A DNA stretch of 64,000 nucleotides from Candidatus Omnitrophota bacterium. Lineage in GTDB: Bacteria > Omnitrophota > Omnitrophia > Omnitrophales > Aquincolibacteriaceae. Shown piece by piece: positions 1-10,774 of this stretch. The notes under the pieces were generated by a model, which had not been told where the DNA came from, made no database searches, and saw only the letters and a list, made by a program, of their open reading frames with translations. The first letter of the stretch is position 1, and every line of letters starts with the position of its first letter. The translations under genes were made by a program, and so were the position numbers. The stretch covers positions 167,430-231,429 of the forward strand of contig CAIOAT010000013.1 in NCBI GenBank assembly GCA_903856085.1, read 5' to 3'.

Positions 1-738
1 ACCATCTCCGATCTCAACCGCTTTCGCGGATTGCTGACTCATAAGGATCATGGCAAGCCGGGCATCAAGTTTTCTTTCAAAATGCACGTACGAACCCAAT
101 CCGATCGGCAGGCCCGTGGCGCGCACTTCGTATTTCCCACCGAGCGAGTCTCCGCTCTTCATGGCTTTCGCGATCGCCAGGATCATAGCCTTTTCGGTCT
201 TTTTGCAGACACAACGAACGGGCGAATCCTTGGCGCTTTTTCGAATTTCCTCAACCGTGATATCTTGTTGAGGAAGCGAGACACTCCCGATCTGGACCAC
301 GTGAGCGGCCACCTCAATGCCGAAGGCCTTGAGCAAAAGCTTGCAAGCCGCGCCCACCGCAACGCGCATGGAGGTTTCGCGCGCGCTCGAACGTTCCAAC
401 ACCGCACGAATTCCCTGATCGTATTTCAGAGATCCCGCGAGATCCGCATGGCCGGGCCGAGGACGGAAAAGCTCCGGCATTTCCTCGATCTTGAAATCCT
501 TGTTCGTAAGGAGGAACCCCAAAGGCGCACCCGTCGTAACCTTCTTGATCACGCCTCCCAGGATCTCCACACCGTCCGTTTCGATCTTTTGTCTGTCTCC
601 GCGACCATAACCTCCCTGACGACGGCGCATCTCCCCATTGATAAAATCGAGATCGAGAGCGAGACCACTTGGGAAACCTTCCAAAATGGCGGCCATGTAG
701 TGACCGTGAGACTCTCCTGCGGTGATATATTTAAGCAT
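1..738 (-). CDS. aroC: Chorismate synthase; N-terminal part only, the C-terminus runs off the window at position 1
   Basis: Reverse-strand translation from the ATG at 738-736 reads MLKYITAGESHGHYMAAILEGFPSGL...RRQGGYGRGDRQKIE, the characteristic AroC N-terminus. There is no stop in the window, so the ORF track does not list it, and the listed plus ORF 31..762 is its antisense shadow. Confidence 0.85.
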   Translation of the reverse strand, partial: MLKYITAGESHGHYMAAILEGFPSGLALDLDFINGEMRRRQGGYGRGDRQKIETDGVEILGGVIKKVTTGAPLGFLLTNKDFKIEEMPELFRPRPGHADLAGSLKYDQGIRAVLERSSARETSMRVAVGAACKLLLKAFGIEVAAHVVQIGSVSLPQQDITVEEIRKSAKDSPVRCVCKKTEKAMILAIAKAMKSGDSLGGKYEVRATGLPIGLGSYVHFERKLDARLAMILMSQQSAKAVEIGDG

Positions 739-741
739 AGT

Positions 742-1530
742 CTAGACTCCGTAGGTTTTTGATAAGAAATTCAAAACTGTGTCCCCTTCTATGAAAATGA
801 ACGCCCCCGCGAGCGCCAGAAACGGACCAAACGGAATGGTTTCTTCTTTTTTCACAAAACGTTGCCACAGTGCGAACGGCAGGGCCGGAAAAGGCGCGAG
901 AAAAAAAATAAGACCGACTTTTGTCACTCCCACAAAAGTGCCAACCATAGCCAGAAGCTTCACGTCCCCGCCTCCCATGCTGTCCTTGCGAAAAACCAGT
1001 TTCCCCAACCAGCCGGTCAGGAGCAGGATCCCGCCTCCTGCCAAAAGCCCGACCCCGGAAGCAAGAAGTTTTTGGTACCAGAGCGCTTGGAGAAAATGCC
1101 CGTGACCAGTCACGCTGAGCGCTAACCCCAAGATCATTCCCGTGATCGTGATCTGATCCGGAATCAACCCGGTCTCAAAGTCCGTCAGGGTAGCAACAAG
1201 GATCATGGCAAAAAAGACAGCACTCGCCGTAAATTCAGCCGACAAACCGTACCGTCGCCATAAAAACCATGCGATCAGGGCACTTGTCAATTCCACGAGA
1301 AAATAGCGAAAGGCGATCGGCTTCCTGCAGCGGAAACATTTCCCCTGGAGCAAGAGATAGCTCACGAGCGGTATATTCTCATACAATGGGATCATCGCCT
1401 TGCAATGCGGGCAGAAGGAGCGGGGCAGCACAATCGAAAGATCGCGCGGCATCCGGTAAATGCAAACGTTCAGAAAACTCCCCACGATCGCCCCAACGGC
1501 AAAAACGAACCCCCCTGTGACTGGATCCAT
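742..1530 (-). CDS. pilD: Type IV prepilin leader peptidase (A24 family)
   Basis: 262 aa polytopic membrane protein carrying the N-terminal tetra-Cys motif (CPHC...CFRCRK) and DFETGLIPD-type motifs of prepilin peptidases. Confidence 0.8.
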   Translation of the reverse strand: MDPVTGGFVFAVGAIVGSFLNVCIYRMPRDLSIVLPRSFCPHCKAMIPLYENIPLVSYLLLQGKCFRCRKPIAFRYFLVELTSALIAWFLWRRYGLSAEFTASAVFFAMILVATLTDFETGLIPDQITITGMILGLALSVTGHGHFLQALWYQKLLASGVGLLAGGGILLLTGWLGKLVFRKDSMGGGDVKLLAMVGTFVGVTKVGLIFFLAPFPALPFALWQRFVKKEETIPFGPFLALAGAFIFIEGDTVLNFLSKTYGV

Positions 1531-2496
1531 TTATTTCCCCTGTTCTTTTAACACCTGAAGAAGCGCCTGACGCATCACCCCTACCGGTGCCGTCCTTCCC
1601 GTCCAATACTCCAAAGCCCGCGCACCCTGATAAAGCAACATCCCGAGCCCATTCAAAGTCCTGTGCCCTTTCTTTTTCGCATTTTTCAAAAAGGGCGTCA
1701 TAGCTGGATTATAAATAAGGTCCATAAAGAATATTTTTTTCGCGCCGGCTTGCGGGACCCAGCCTTCCGGAATCACCCTCGGGTCTTGAGCCTTCAGCCC
1801 GATCGGAGTCGCGTTGATGATAACATCGGCCTTTTGAAGGGCCTCCTTGACCTCCGGCGTTCCAGCCGAAACAGCCTGATAATCCACCCTTTTGAAAAGC
1901 CTTCGCATATCGCTTGCGATTTTCCGGGCCTTTTGCGGAAAACAATCCGCGATCAAGATCTCCCGGATGCCCTCCCGCGAAAGACCATACGCAACCGCGC
2001 GTGCCGCGCCTCCGGCCCCGAGGATCACGGCCCTTTTCCCGGATGGGCGAAACCTGCCATCCTTCATGAGTGCCATGAGAAAACCTTCCATATCTGTATT
2101 CGTACCAATCCACCGTTTTCCTTGTTTGAAGACCGTGTTCACCGCACCGATGGCACGCGCTTCCGGCCGGACGCTATCAAGATAGCTCATCACTGTTTCT
2201 TTGTAGGGAACGGTGACATTAAAACCTGAAAGAGAAATCTCGGAGGATTGATTCATGAGCCTTTTGAAAGCAGCGGGAATCAGTTCCAGGACGATATAGT
2301 TGGCATCGATCTCGAGCTTGTGAAACGCGGCTTCGTGCATGGCCGGAGAAAGAGTGTGCGAGAGGGGGTGACCGAAGATCCCGTAAAGCTTAAAGGGCTT
2401 GCCCTGGCATGTGTTTTTTTCTGACTGAAGGTTGCCAGGGCAAGTCCAATTAACCTTCAAACCCTTTGATGGAGAATTGGCCTTGTCCTTTTTCAC
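1531..2496 (-). CDS. aroE: Shikimate dehydrogenase; the start is uncertain
   Basis: The core KLYGIFGHPLSHTLSPAMHEAAF...GAGGAARAV is typical of AroE. The ORF opens at a GTG that overlaps the leuA stop (GTGA) and adds about 40 aa upstream of the conserved N-terminus, so the true start may lie internally. Confidence 0.8.
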   Translation of the reverse strand: MKKDKANSPSKGLKVNWTCPGNLQSEKNTCQGKPFKLYGIFGHPLSHTLSPAMHEAAFHKLEIDANYIVLELIPAAFKRLMNQSSEISLSGFNVTVPYKETVMSYLDSVRPEARAIGAVNTVFKQGKRWIGTNTDMEGFLMALMKDGRFRPSGKRAVILGAGGAARAVAYGLSREGIREILIADCFPQKARKIASDMRRLFKRVDYQAVSAGTPEVKEALQKADVIINATPIGLKAQDPRVIPEGWVPQAGAKKIFFMDLIYNPAMTPFLKNAKKKGHRTLNGLGMLLYQGARALEYWTGRTAPVGVMRQALLQVLKEQGK

Positions 2497-4040
2497 ACCG
2501 AGGAAGGCTGGCTCAGGGCCCGTGGAGAGTTCGCCGAAACCTTATTAAGCGCGAAAAGATAGGCGCGCACGCTGGCTTCAATGATGTCCGTACTTGTGCC
2601 GCGACCGGTCACTTCCTTGCCACCGATCTCCAGCTTGACCAACACTTCGCCCAACGCGTCTTTTCCGCTCGTAACCGATTGCAGCCCGTAGTGAATCAGT
2701 TTTGCCTTGGAATTCACGATCTTCTCGATAGCCTTGTAGCAGGCATCCACGGGGCCATCCCCAGTCGAGAGGGCTTGTTTAGCCTTGCCTTCATAGGAAA
2801 GCTTGATCTGGGCGTGAGGCTTCACGCTGGTCTCCGACACTACTTTCATGGACATCAGCTTCCAAGTCTCTGGAATTTTGGCGATTTCATTTTGTAAAAT
2901 AGCCTCGAGATCTTCATCAAAAATATATTTTTTCTTGTCCGCAAGCGTCTTAAATTGAACAAACGCTTGGTCGAGTTCCTTGGACGCCAATCGGAATCCG
3001 AGTTTCTTCACGCGGACCTCAAAAGCGTGCTTCCCCGAGAGTTTCCCGAGCATCAGCTGACTGCCGGAAAGCCCGATCTTTTTAGGATCCATGATCTCAT
3101 AGGTCTGGCGCTTCTTAAGCACCCCGTCCTGATGGATGCCAGAGGCATGCCAGAAAGCATTGCGCCCAACGATCGCCTTGTTAGGCTGAACGACCATCCC
3201 CGTCAGATGAGATACCAAACGCGAAGCCTTGGTGATCTCAGAGAGTTTAATGTCTGTATAACAATTCATGAAATCCGCACGCGTGTCGATCGTCATGGCG
3301 ATCTCTTCAAGCGAAGCGTTCCCCGCACGCTCACCGATCCCATTCACCGTACATTCCACCTGATTCGCACCCGCTAGGACGGCCGCCAAGGAATTCGCCG
3401 TCGCAAGGCCAAGGTCGTTGTGACAATGAACCGAAAGCACGACCTTTTGCCCGAGCTCTGGATTTTTCTTGATCAAGAAACGGATCAGATCCGTGAATTC
3501 CTGCGGGACGGTGTACCCGACAGTATCTGGAATATTGATTGAGGTCGCCCCTGCATGGATCGCAGCCCGAACGGTCTCTGCCAAAAAATCCCGCTCCGTG
3601 CGCGATGCATCCTCAGGCGAAAACTCGATCTGCTTGAAATCCTTGGCCGCTGACTTGATCTGCTGCGCCACCATCGCAAGGATCTCTCTCTTGTTCTTTT
3701 TGAGCTTGAACTCGCGATGGATCTGGGAAGTCGCAAGGAAAACATGCAGCCGTTTTTTCGCAGCCCTCTCAAGCGCCCTTCGGCATGCGTCAATATCCCG
3801 AGGGATCATGCGCGACAGTCCGCAGATCACGGGCTTGCGCACACTTTCCGCGATCATGGAAACGGCCTTCATCTCCCCCAACGAGGACGCCGGAAATCCT
3901 GCCTCGATCACGTCGACATTCAATCGTTCAAGCTGCCGCGCGATCTTCAGCTTCTCGTCGGGCGTGAGCGACGCCCCGGGCGATTGCTCGCCGTCCCGGA
4001 GCGTGGTGTCAAATATGTGGATCTTCCGTTTTCCCGCCAT
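2493..4040 (-). CDS. leuA: 2-isopropylmalate synthase
   Basis: 515 aa beginning KIHIFDTTLRDGEQSPGASL, with the HCHNDLG motif and a C-terminal LeuA dimerisation/regulatory domain. Confidence 0.9.
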   Translation of the reverse strand: MAGKRKIHIFDTTLRDGEQSPGASLTPDEKLKIARQLERLNVDVIEAGFPASSLGEMKAVSMIAESVRKPVICGLSRMIPRDIDACRRALERAAKKRLHVFLATSQIHREFKLKKNKREILAMVAQQIKSAAKDFKQIEFSPEDASRTERDFLAETVRAAIHAGATSINIPDTVGYTVPQEFTDLIRFLIKKNPELGQKVVLSVHCHNDLGLATANSLAAVLAGANQVECTVNGIGERAGNASLEEIAMTIDTRADFMNCYTDIKLSEITKASRLVSHLTGMVVQPNKAIVGRNAFWHASGIHQDGVLKKRQTYEIMDPKKIGLSGSQLMLGKLSGKHAFEVRVKKLGFRLASKELDQAFVQFKTLADKKKYIFDEDLEAILQNEIAKIPETWKLMSMKVVSETSVKPHAQIKLSYEGKAKQALSTGDGPVDACYKAIEKIVNSKAKLIHYGLQSVTSGKDALGEVLVKLEIGGKEVTGRGTSTDIIEASVRAYLFALNKVSANSPRALSQPSSV

Positions 4041-4063
4041 AGCAGTCCTGGTAACTTCCTTCC

Positions 4064-5065
4064 TTATTTCGCTTTATGGATGAACGCCATCATCCCGCGC
4101 AGCTGCGCCCCGACTTTTTCGATCAAATGCTTTTCGCAGTGCTCGCGCTGCTTCTTGAAATTCGGACGGCCCTTTTTATTCTCGGCCATCCATTCCTTCG
4201 CGAATTTCCCGGACACAATTTCTTTCAGCATCTTCTTCATTTCTTTACGCGTCGCTTTCGTGATCACGCGCGGTCCACGGCTGTAACCGCCATACTCCGC
4301 GGTATCAGAAACACGCCGGTACATGCCCGCAATCCCGTGCACGAACATGGCATCCACAATGAGCTTCACTTCATGGAGACATTCGAAATACGCCATTTCC
4401 GGCTGATACCCAGCTTCAACCAAGGTATCAAAACCAGCCGTGATCAGATCGCTCAAGCCGCCGCAAAGAACCGCTTGCTCGCCAAAAAGATCCGTCTCGG
4501 TCTCTTCCTTAAAAGTGGTTTCAATCACTCCCGCGCGAGCACCGCCAATGGCCTTAGCATAAGCCAAGCCAATCTGGAGCGCCTTGCCGCTGGGATTCTG
4601 CTTGATGGCCACAAGGCATGGTACACCGCCGCCTTCCACGAATTGGGAACGCACAAGTGAGCCCGGCCCTTTTGGAGCAACCATGAAGACATCGATCTCC
4701 TTGGAGGGCTTGATGTAGCCAAAGTGAATATTAAACCCGTGGGAGAAGCAAAGCGATTTACCGGCCTTCATATACGGCGCGATATGCTTTTCATAGATCT
4801 CAGCCTGAAGATGATCCTGCGTGAGAATCTGAATAATATCCGCCTGCTGAGCCGCTTCGCTTGCAGTCATGGGTTTGAAACCATCTTTCACCGCCTGCTC
4901 ATAATTGGGGGTTCCTGGGATTTCGGAAACGATCACATTCACACCCGAATCACGGAGATTGAGCCCTTGGCCGCGACCTTGAATCCCGTAGCCGATGATG
5001 GCGACTTTCTTGCCTTTAAGAAAATTCAGATCCGCATCTTTATCGTAATAAATTTTGACTGCCAT
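4064..5065 (-). CDS. ilvC: Ketol-acid reductoisomerase
   Basis: 333 aa beginning MAVKIYYDKDADLNFLKGKKVAIIGYGIQGRGQGLNLRDSG, the classic IlvC NADPH-binding N-terminus. Confidence 0.95.
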   Translation of the reverse strand: MAVKIYYDKDADLNFLKGKKVAIIGYGIQGRGQGLNLRDSGVNVIVSEIPGTPNYEQAVKDGFKPMTASEAAQQADIIQILTQDHLQAEIYEKHIAPYMKAGKSLCFSHGFNIHFGYIKPSKEIDVFMVAPKGPGSLVRSQFVEGGGVPCLVAIKQNPSGKALQIGLAYAKAIGGARAGVIETTFKEETETDLFGEQAVLCGGLSDLITAGFDTLVEAGYQPEMAYFECLHEVKLIVDAMFVHGIAGMYRRVSDTAEYGGYSRGPRVITKATRKEMKKMLKEIVSGKFAKEWMAENKKGRPNFKKQREHCEKHLIEKVGAQLRGMMAFIHKAK

Positions 5066-5101
5066 TTTATTTTCCTTTCGCTCGTTGCGATGTTGTTGAG
5101 A

Positions 5102-5650
5102 TTATTTCTTTTTTGTTTTTTTTGCTGTCTTACAAACGCCGGTCTTCCCGCCGCATTTTGCCGGGGCTTTCAGTTCACCCCGGCGAGCCATGGCGATCTG
5201 CCCTGTTCGGACGACTTCTTTAAGATCAAACGGCCTCAAAAGCTCGAGCATCGCGTCGATCTTACCTTCGCTTCCCGTGACCTCGATCGTCAGGGATTCC
5301 GGGCTTACGTCCACGATCTTCGCGCGAAACGTGTTGACGACATGCATGATGTCGTTACGGTTCGTCGCATTCGCCCCGATCTTGATCAGCACAAGCTCTC
5401 GCGCAATCATATCCTTCGCCGTGAGATCCTCCACACAGATCACATCCACCAATTTGTTCAGTTGTTTCATGATCTGCTCGACCACGCGATCATCTCCGTT
5501 CGCGATCACGGTCATGCGCGACACTTCCGGATCTTGGGTTTCCCCGACCGCAAGACTGTCGATATTAAACCCGCGCGCCGAAAAAAGTCCTGCTACACGT
5601 GCCAAAACACCAAAATGATTTTCCACCAAAACTGAGACCGTATGTTGCAT
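5102..5650 (-). CDS. ilvN: Acetolactate synthase small (regulatory) subunit
   Basis: The ACT-domain N-terminus HTVSVLVENHFGVLARVAGLFSARGFNIDSL matches the AHAS small subunit, and the gene sits directly downstream of ilvB. Confidence 0.9.
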   Translation of the reverse strand: MQHTVSVLVENHFGVLARVAGLFSARGFNIDSLAVGETQDPEVSRMTVIANGDDRVVEQIMKQLNKLVDVICVEDLTAKDMIARELVLIKIGANATNRNDIMHVVNTFRAKIVDVSPESLTIEVTGSEGKIDAMLELLRPFDLKEVVRTGQIAMARRGELKAPAKCGGKTGVCKTAKKTKKK

Positions 5651-5672
5651 AAGAACTCCTTATCCTCTTTTT

Positions 5673-7358
5673 TTACGCCATATCCATGATCTGATCCAGG
5701 GCATTCCCGGCTGGAACCATTGGATACACATTCGCTTCTCTGGAAACAAGACACTGCACCACCACGGGTCCTTTGTGCGCCAACGCCTTTTTGATCGCCG
5801 GGACCACTTCCTTTTTTTGCCGGACCCGGAGCGCAAGAATACCGTAAGCACCTACCAATTTCACAAAATCAGGATTCGTCGGCCCAATCACGGAACCCGA
5901 ATAACGCCGCTTATAGAAAAGCTCCTGCCATTGGCGAACCATGCCGTAATAGCCGTTGTCGAGAATGAACGTCTTGACCGGCACTTTGTTGTAAGCCGCG
6001 GTCGCAAGTTCGGTCATCGTCATCTGGAACGATCCATCTCCTTCAATGCAGACCACAGTATCACGGGGTCTTCCGAGCTGCGCGCCGATCGCGGCGGGAA
6101 AACCATACCCCATCGTCCCAAGTCCTCCGGAAGTAAGCATCGTGCGAGGCCGGTCGAATTGATACCATTGCGCCGTCCACATCTGATGCTGTCCCACGCC
6201 GGTGACCACGATTGCCTGGTGTTTGGTCAACTCCCCGATCTTTTCAATCATATACGCAGGATGAATCTTTTGCCCCGTATTCTCATATTTCATCGGATGC
6301 TTCTCTTTCCACGCCGCGATCTGGGTGAGCCACTCCTGCATATCCGAACGCTTGTCCGCAATAAGCCCGCTCAGTTTCTTAATCGCCTGTTTTACGTCGC
6401 TCACCACGGGCACATGCACCCGCACCGTCTTGGAGATCGACGCTGGATCAATATCAATGTGAATGATCTTGGCATGCGGCGCGAATTTCGCCACATTGCC
6501 GGTCACGCGATCGTCAAAACGCGCGCCGACCCCGATCAGAACATCGGAATTCTGTACCGCATAATTCGCAAAATGAGTCCCGTGCATCCCGAGCATCCTA
6601 AGCGACGACTCGTGTGTTTCTGGAAAAATCCCAAGCCCCAGAATCGTTGTTGTGATGGGGATTCCCGTCTTTTCCACAAACTCGCGGATTTCTTTTTCGG
6701 CTCCGGAAATGATCGCCCCGCCACCGACATACAACACAGGCCGCTTACTCGCACGGATCAATTCGACCGCCTTCCGAATCTCGCCCTCCACCCCTTGGCA
6801 CTCCACCTGAGGCTGATAGCTCCGGATAAAAACATCTTTGGGCCACACAAAATCTGTTTTGGCGCGACTGATATCCACAGGAAAATCGATCAGCACGGGA
6901 CCTGGTTTTCCGGTGGTCGCGATAAAAAATGCTTCGCGCACGATTCGCGCAATATCCCGGACATCTTTGATCAGAAAATTGTGTTTCGTCACAGGGCGCG
7001 TGATCCCGACGATGTCTACTTCTTGGAACGCGTCGCTCCCGATCGCATTCGTCGTCACCTGCCCGGTGATGCAGACCACCGGCACAGAATCCATGTAAGC
7101 GGTCGCAAGACCGGTCACGGTGTTCGTAGCGGCTGGTCCTGAGGTCACCAAACAAACTCCGGGTCGCCCCGTCGCGCGAGCGTACCCATCCGCCATATGC
7201 GTCGCGCCTTGCTCGTGCTTGGTCAGAATCAATTTGATCTTGGAATCATAGAGCACATCGTAGGTGGGCAGAATAACCCCCCCCGGAAGCCCAAAGATAT
7301 GCTCCACGCCTTCTTTTTCAAGACATTTGATCAAAATCTCAGCGCCTGTAAGTTTCAT
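5673..7358 (-). CDS. ilvB: Acetolactate synthase large subunit (ThDP-dependent)
   Basis: 561 aa beginning MKLTGAEILIKCLEKEGVEHIFGLPGG, with the ThDP-binding GDGSFQM motif. Confidence 0.95.
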   Translation of the reverse strand: MKLTGAEILIKCLEKEGVEHIFGLPGGVILPTYDVLYDSKIKLILTKHEQGATHMADGYARATGRPGVCLVTSGPAATNTVTGLATAYMDSVPVVCITGQVTTNAIGSDAFQEVDIVGITRPVTKHNFLIKDVRDIARIVREAFFIATTGKPGPVLIDFPVDISRAKTDFVWPKDVFIRSYQPQVECQGVEGEIRKAVELIRASKRPVLYVGGGAIISGAEKEIREFVEKTGIPITTTILGLGIFPETHESSLRMLGMHGTHFANYAVQNSDVLIGVGARFDDRVTGNVAKFAPHAKIIHIDIDPASISKTVRVHVPVVSDVKQAIKKLSGLIADKRSDMQEWLTQIAAWKEKHPMKYENTGQKIHPAYMIEKIGELTKHQAIVVTGVGQHQMWTAQWYQFDRPRTMLTSGGLGTMGYGFPAAIGAQLGRPRDTVVCIEGDGSFQMTMTELATAAYNKVPVKTFILDNGYYGMVRQWQELFYKRRYSGSVIGPTNPDFVKLVGAYGILALRVRQKKEVVPAIKKALAHKGPVVVQCLVSREANVYPMVPAGNALDQIMDMA

Positions 7359-7502
7359 GACATGTTTTTCCTTTTTAAGCTGGGCTTATCCCAACCTCTT
7401 TTTTATTTCCACAAACGGTCACTAGGACCAGCCCAATGAATCTTTCATTTCTTGAATCGAGCATTGGACCCGCTACTCCATTCCATGAGACCGGGGGAAC
7501 GA

Positions 7503-8735
7503 TCAAACTGCGAAAAAATCCTTCACGCCTTTTTTGAATTTTCCCTTCCAGGTCTCTTGGCCCTTGGCGACGGAAGCCTCCCAACTCTGTCCCATTGCCT
7601 CCATCCAATCAAAAACAGACTTTTTGAATTCCAACTCGTCAAGTTCTTCGTCCGTTTTGTAATCTACAAGATGGAGCGGATAACCTTTTTGCTGTAGCTT
7701 ATCGAACCAAACCTGGTTGCGGGAACGGACATCCCCATCCGTTTTTAACGCGATGTAAAAAGGGACCTGGTCTGCCGCATCCGCACGAGGCTGGATCAAC
7801 TGGGAAAACGGTCCGGCCCACGCCTGGCCCAACAAAGCGACCGCCGAAAATTCTTTGGGATATTTGATGGCCATGTAGGCCGCGTAATGAGCTCCCAGAT
7901 CTTTTCCGACCAGATAGACACGCTTTTTACTGATGGGAAAACGTTCCATCACATCTTTTTTTACGGTAAGAAGCCATTGATCCAAGGTGTAGGGCGTGTC
8001 CCCTTCTTTTGGCCAGAGAACATAGGGCGCCAGAATAAAGATGCTCTTTCTCTGAGCCAGCCCTGTCAAATATTCGATCTGTTTTTCAGCTTTCGCGGAT
8101 TCTGCCGGCGCGATCATGATCATCGCATAGGTCCTGTCGGTCTTATAATCCTTCGGCGCAAAAAGAAAAACGGGATATTTGTAACCACTGACTTCCACAA
8201 GCCCCGAAGGGTTGGAAGCTGTAAAAACCTGGTCTTTTGGCATCTCTTTGGAAGCAACTTTGGCCGGCGACGGCAAGGACTGAACCGTCTTAGGCGTTTG
8301 GACCCCTCCCGTTTTAAGCGAAGAAACCGCTGGGGTTACCGAATTTTTTTTGGAAGCAATCGTCTCAACAGATTGAATCGGAGGAATCGGCGACGCCGCA
8401 GGGATCAACGCCAGACTTGCATCAGGAATCGTCGTTGGCTTTTTTGGGGGAAGGCTCGCAGGGCTTGCCGCCGGCGCCGTCCTTACTTCAGACGTTGCTG
8501 CCGAAGCTGCTTGAACCGGCGAAACGATTGCCCGCGTCGGTTGCGCCCCTATGGAAATTTTTGATGCTGAGTAAGTCTCGACGACAGGCCGTGCTTCGCC
8601 AGGGGCCGGCAAGGTTTCATCATAATTCGCTGCGGCCTTTTTTTCTTCAACCGTGTCGGCGTACGCAGGGATACTGAACGCAGTAACCACAGCGATTACG
8701 CAAAGAAACAAAAAAATTTGGCGACGGTTTTCCAT
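7503..8735 (-). CDS. Secreted protein with a long Pro/Ala/Ser/Thr-rich disordered region and a C-terminal alpha/beta-hydrolase-like (esterase-like) domain. The start is placed at the internal ATG at 8735, not the ORF-track start at 8840.
   Basis: MENRRQIFLFLCVIAVVTAFSIPAYA is a signal peptide. The consensus promoter and terminator just upstream lie inside the annotated N-terminal extension, which argues for 8735 as the start. The C-terminal about 230 aa has an alpha/beta-hydrolase-like layout, but GKDLG stands where GxSxG is expected. Confidence 0.6.
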   Translation of the reverse strand: MENRRQIFLFLCVIAVVTAFSIPAYADTVEEKKAAANYDETLPAPGEARPVVETYSASKISIGAQPTRAIVSPVQAASAATSEVRTAPAASPASLPPKKPTTIPDASLALIPAASPIPPIQSVETIASKKNSVTPAVSSLKTGGVQTPKTVQSLPSPAKVASKEMPKDQVFTASNPSGLVEVSGYKYPVFLFAPKDYKTDRTYAMIMIAPAESAKAEKQIEYLTGLAQRKSIFILAPYVLWPKEGDTPYTLDQWLLTVKKDVMERFPISKKRVYLVGKDLGAHYAAYMAIKYPKEFSAVALLGQAWAGPFSQLIQPRADAADQVPFYIALKTDGDVRSRNQVWFDKLQQKGYPLHLVDYKTDEELDELEFKKSVFDWMEAMGQSWEASVAKGQETWKGKFKKGVKDFFAV

Positions 8736-8796
8736 TGGATCCTCGATCCCGCAGGGAATTAAATTGACGCAAACCTCTGAGACAAAAGAGGTTATT

Positions 8797-8824
8797 ATTA
8801 TATGGATAACATCTGGCTTGTCAA
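8797..8824 (-). promoter_or_regulatory. Sigma70-type promoter, TTGACA-N16-TATAAT, driving the secreted hydrolase gene
   Basis: On the minus strand, TTGACA (plus 8824-8819), a 16-nt spacer, then TATAAT (plus 8802-8797), about 55 nt upstream of the ATG at 8735. GAGGA lies 5 nt before that ATG. Confidence 0.5.
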
Positions 8825-8830
8825 CGCAGC

Positions 8831-8854
8831 TAAAAAGCATGCGAAAAGCACGCT
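8831..8854 (-). terminator. Rho-independent terminator downstream of the ftsB-like gene
   Basis: The minus-strand RNA forms AGCGUGC-UUUUC-GCAUGCU, a 7-bp stem with one G.U pair, followed by UUUUU. It lies 37 nt after the ftsB-like stop. Confidence 0.5.
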
Positions 8855-8890
8855 TTTCTCGCGCAATCTTGGGATTTCCGGTGGATCAGG

Positions 8891-10671
<1,781 letters not shown>

Positions 10672-10722
10672 TTACGGTTGTTCAAATAAGACAACAAGAA
10701 AAATCCGGTAAATCAGGGTGTG

Positions 10723-10750
10723 ATTATAGCAAATCCTCGAAGGGTGTCTA
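10723..10750 (-). promoter_or_regulatory. Sigma70-type promoter, TAGACA-N16-TATAAT, for eno
   Basis: Minus strand reads TAGACA (plus 10750-10745), a 16-nt spacer, then TATAAT (plus 10728-10723). A strong SD (AAAGGAG) lies about 10 nt before the eno ATG. Confidence 0.45.
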
Positions 10751-10774
10751 GCATCACGATGCTTGCGAATCGAT

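Noticed and set aside
31-762. 243-aa plus-strand ORF
   Set aside because: It is the antisense shadow of aroC, which runs off the window edge on the minus strand. It has no recognisable motifs, and the AroC translation on the opposite strand is unambiguous.
5775-7142. 455-aa plus-strand ORF and other long plus-strand ORFs such as 40446..42008, 42012..42941, 43241..44059, 36549..37256 and 55498..56295 (minus, inside atpA)
   Set aside because: All lie antisense or out of frame within strongly conserved genes (ilvB, rpoC, rpoB, fusA, atpA), with Arg/His-rich composition typical of antisense frames of GC-moderate genes.
7359-7502. ilvB leader region examined for a T-box, an attenuator leader peptide or a riboswitch
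   Set aside because: At 144 nt it is too short for a T-box. The only small ORF (MEWSSGSNARFKK) lacks Ile/Val/Leu codon runs, and no terminator/antiterminator pair is evident.
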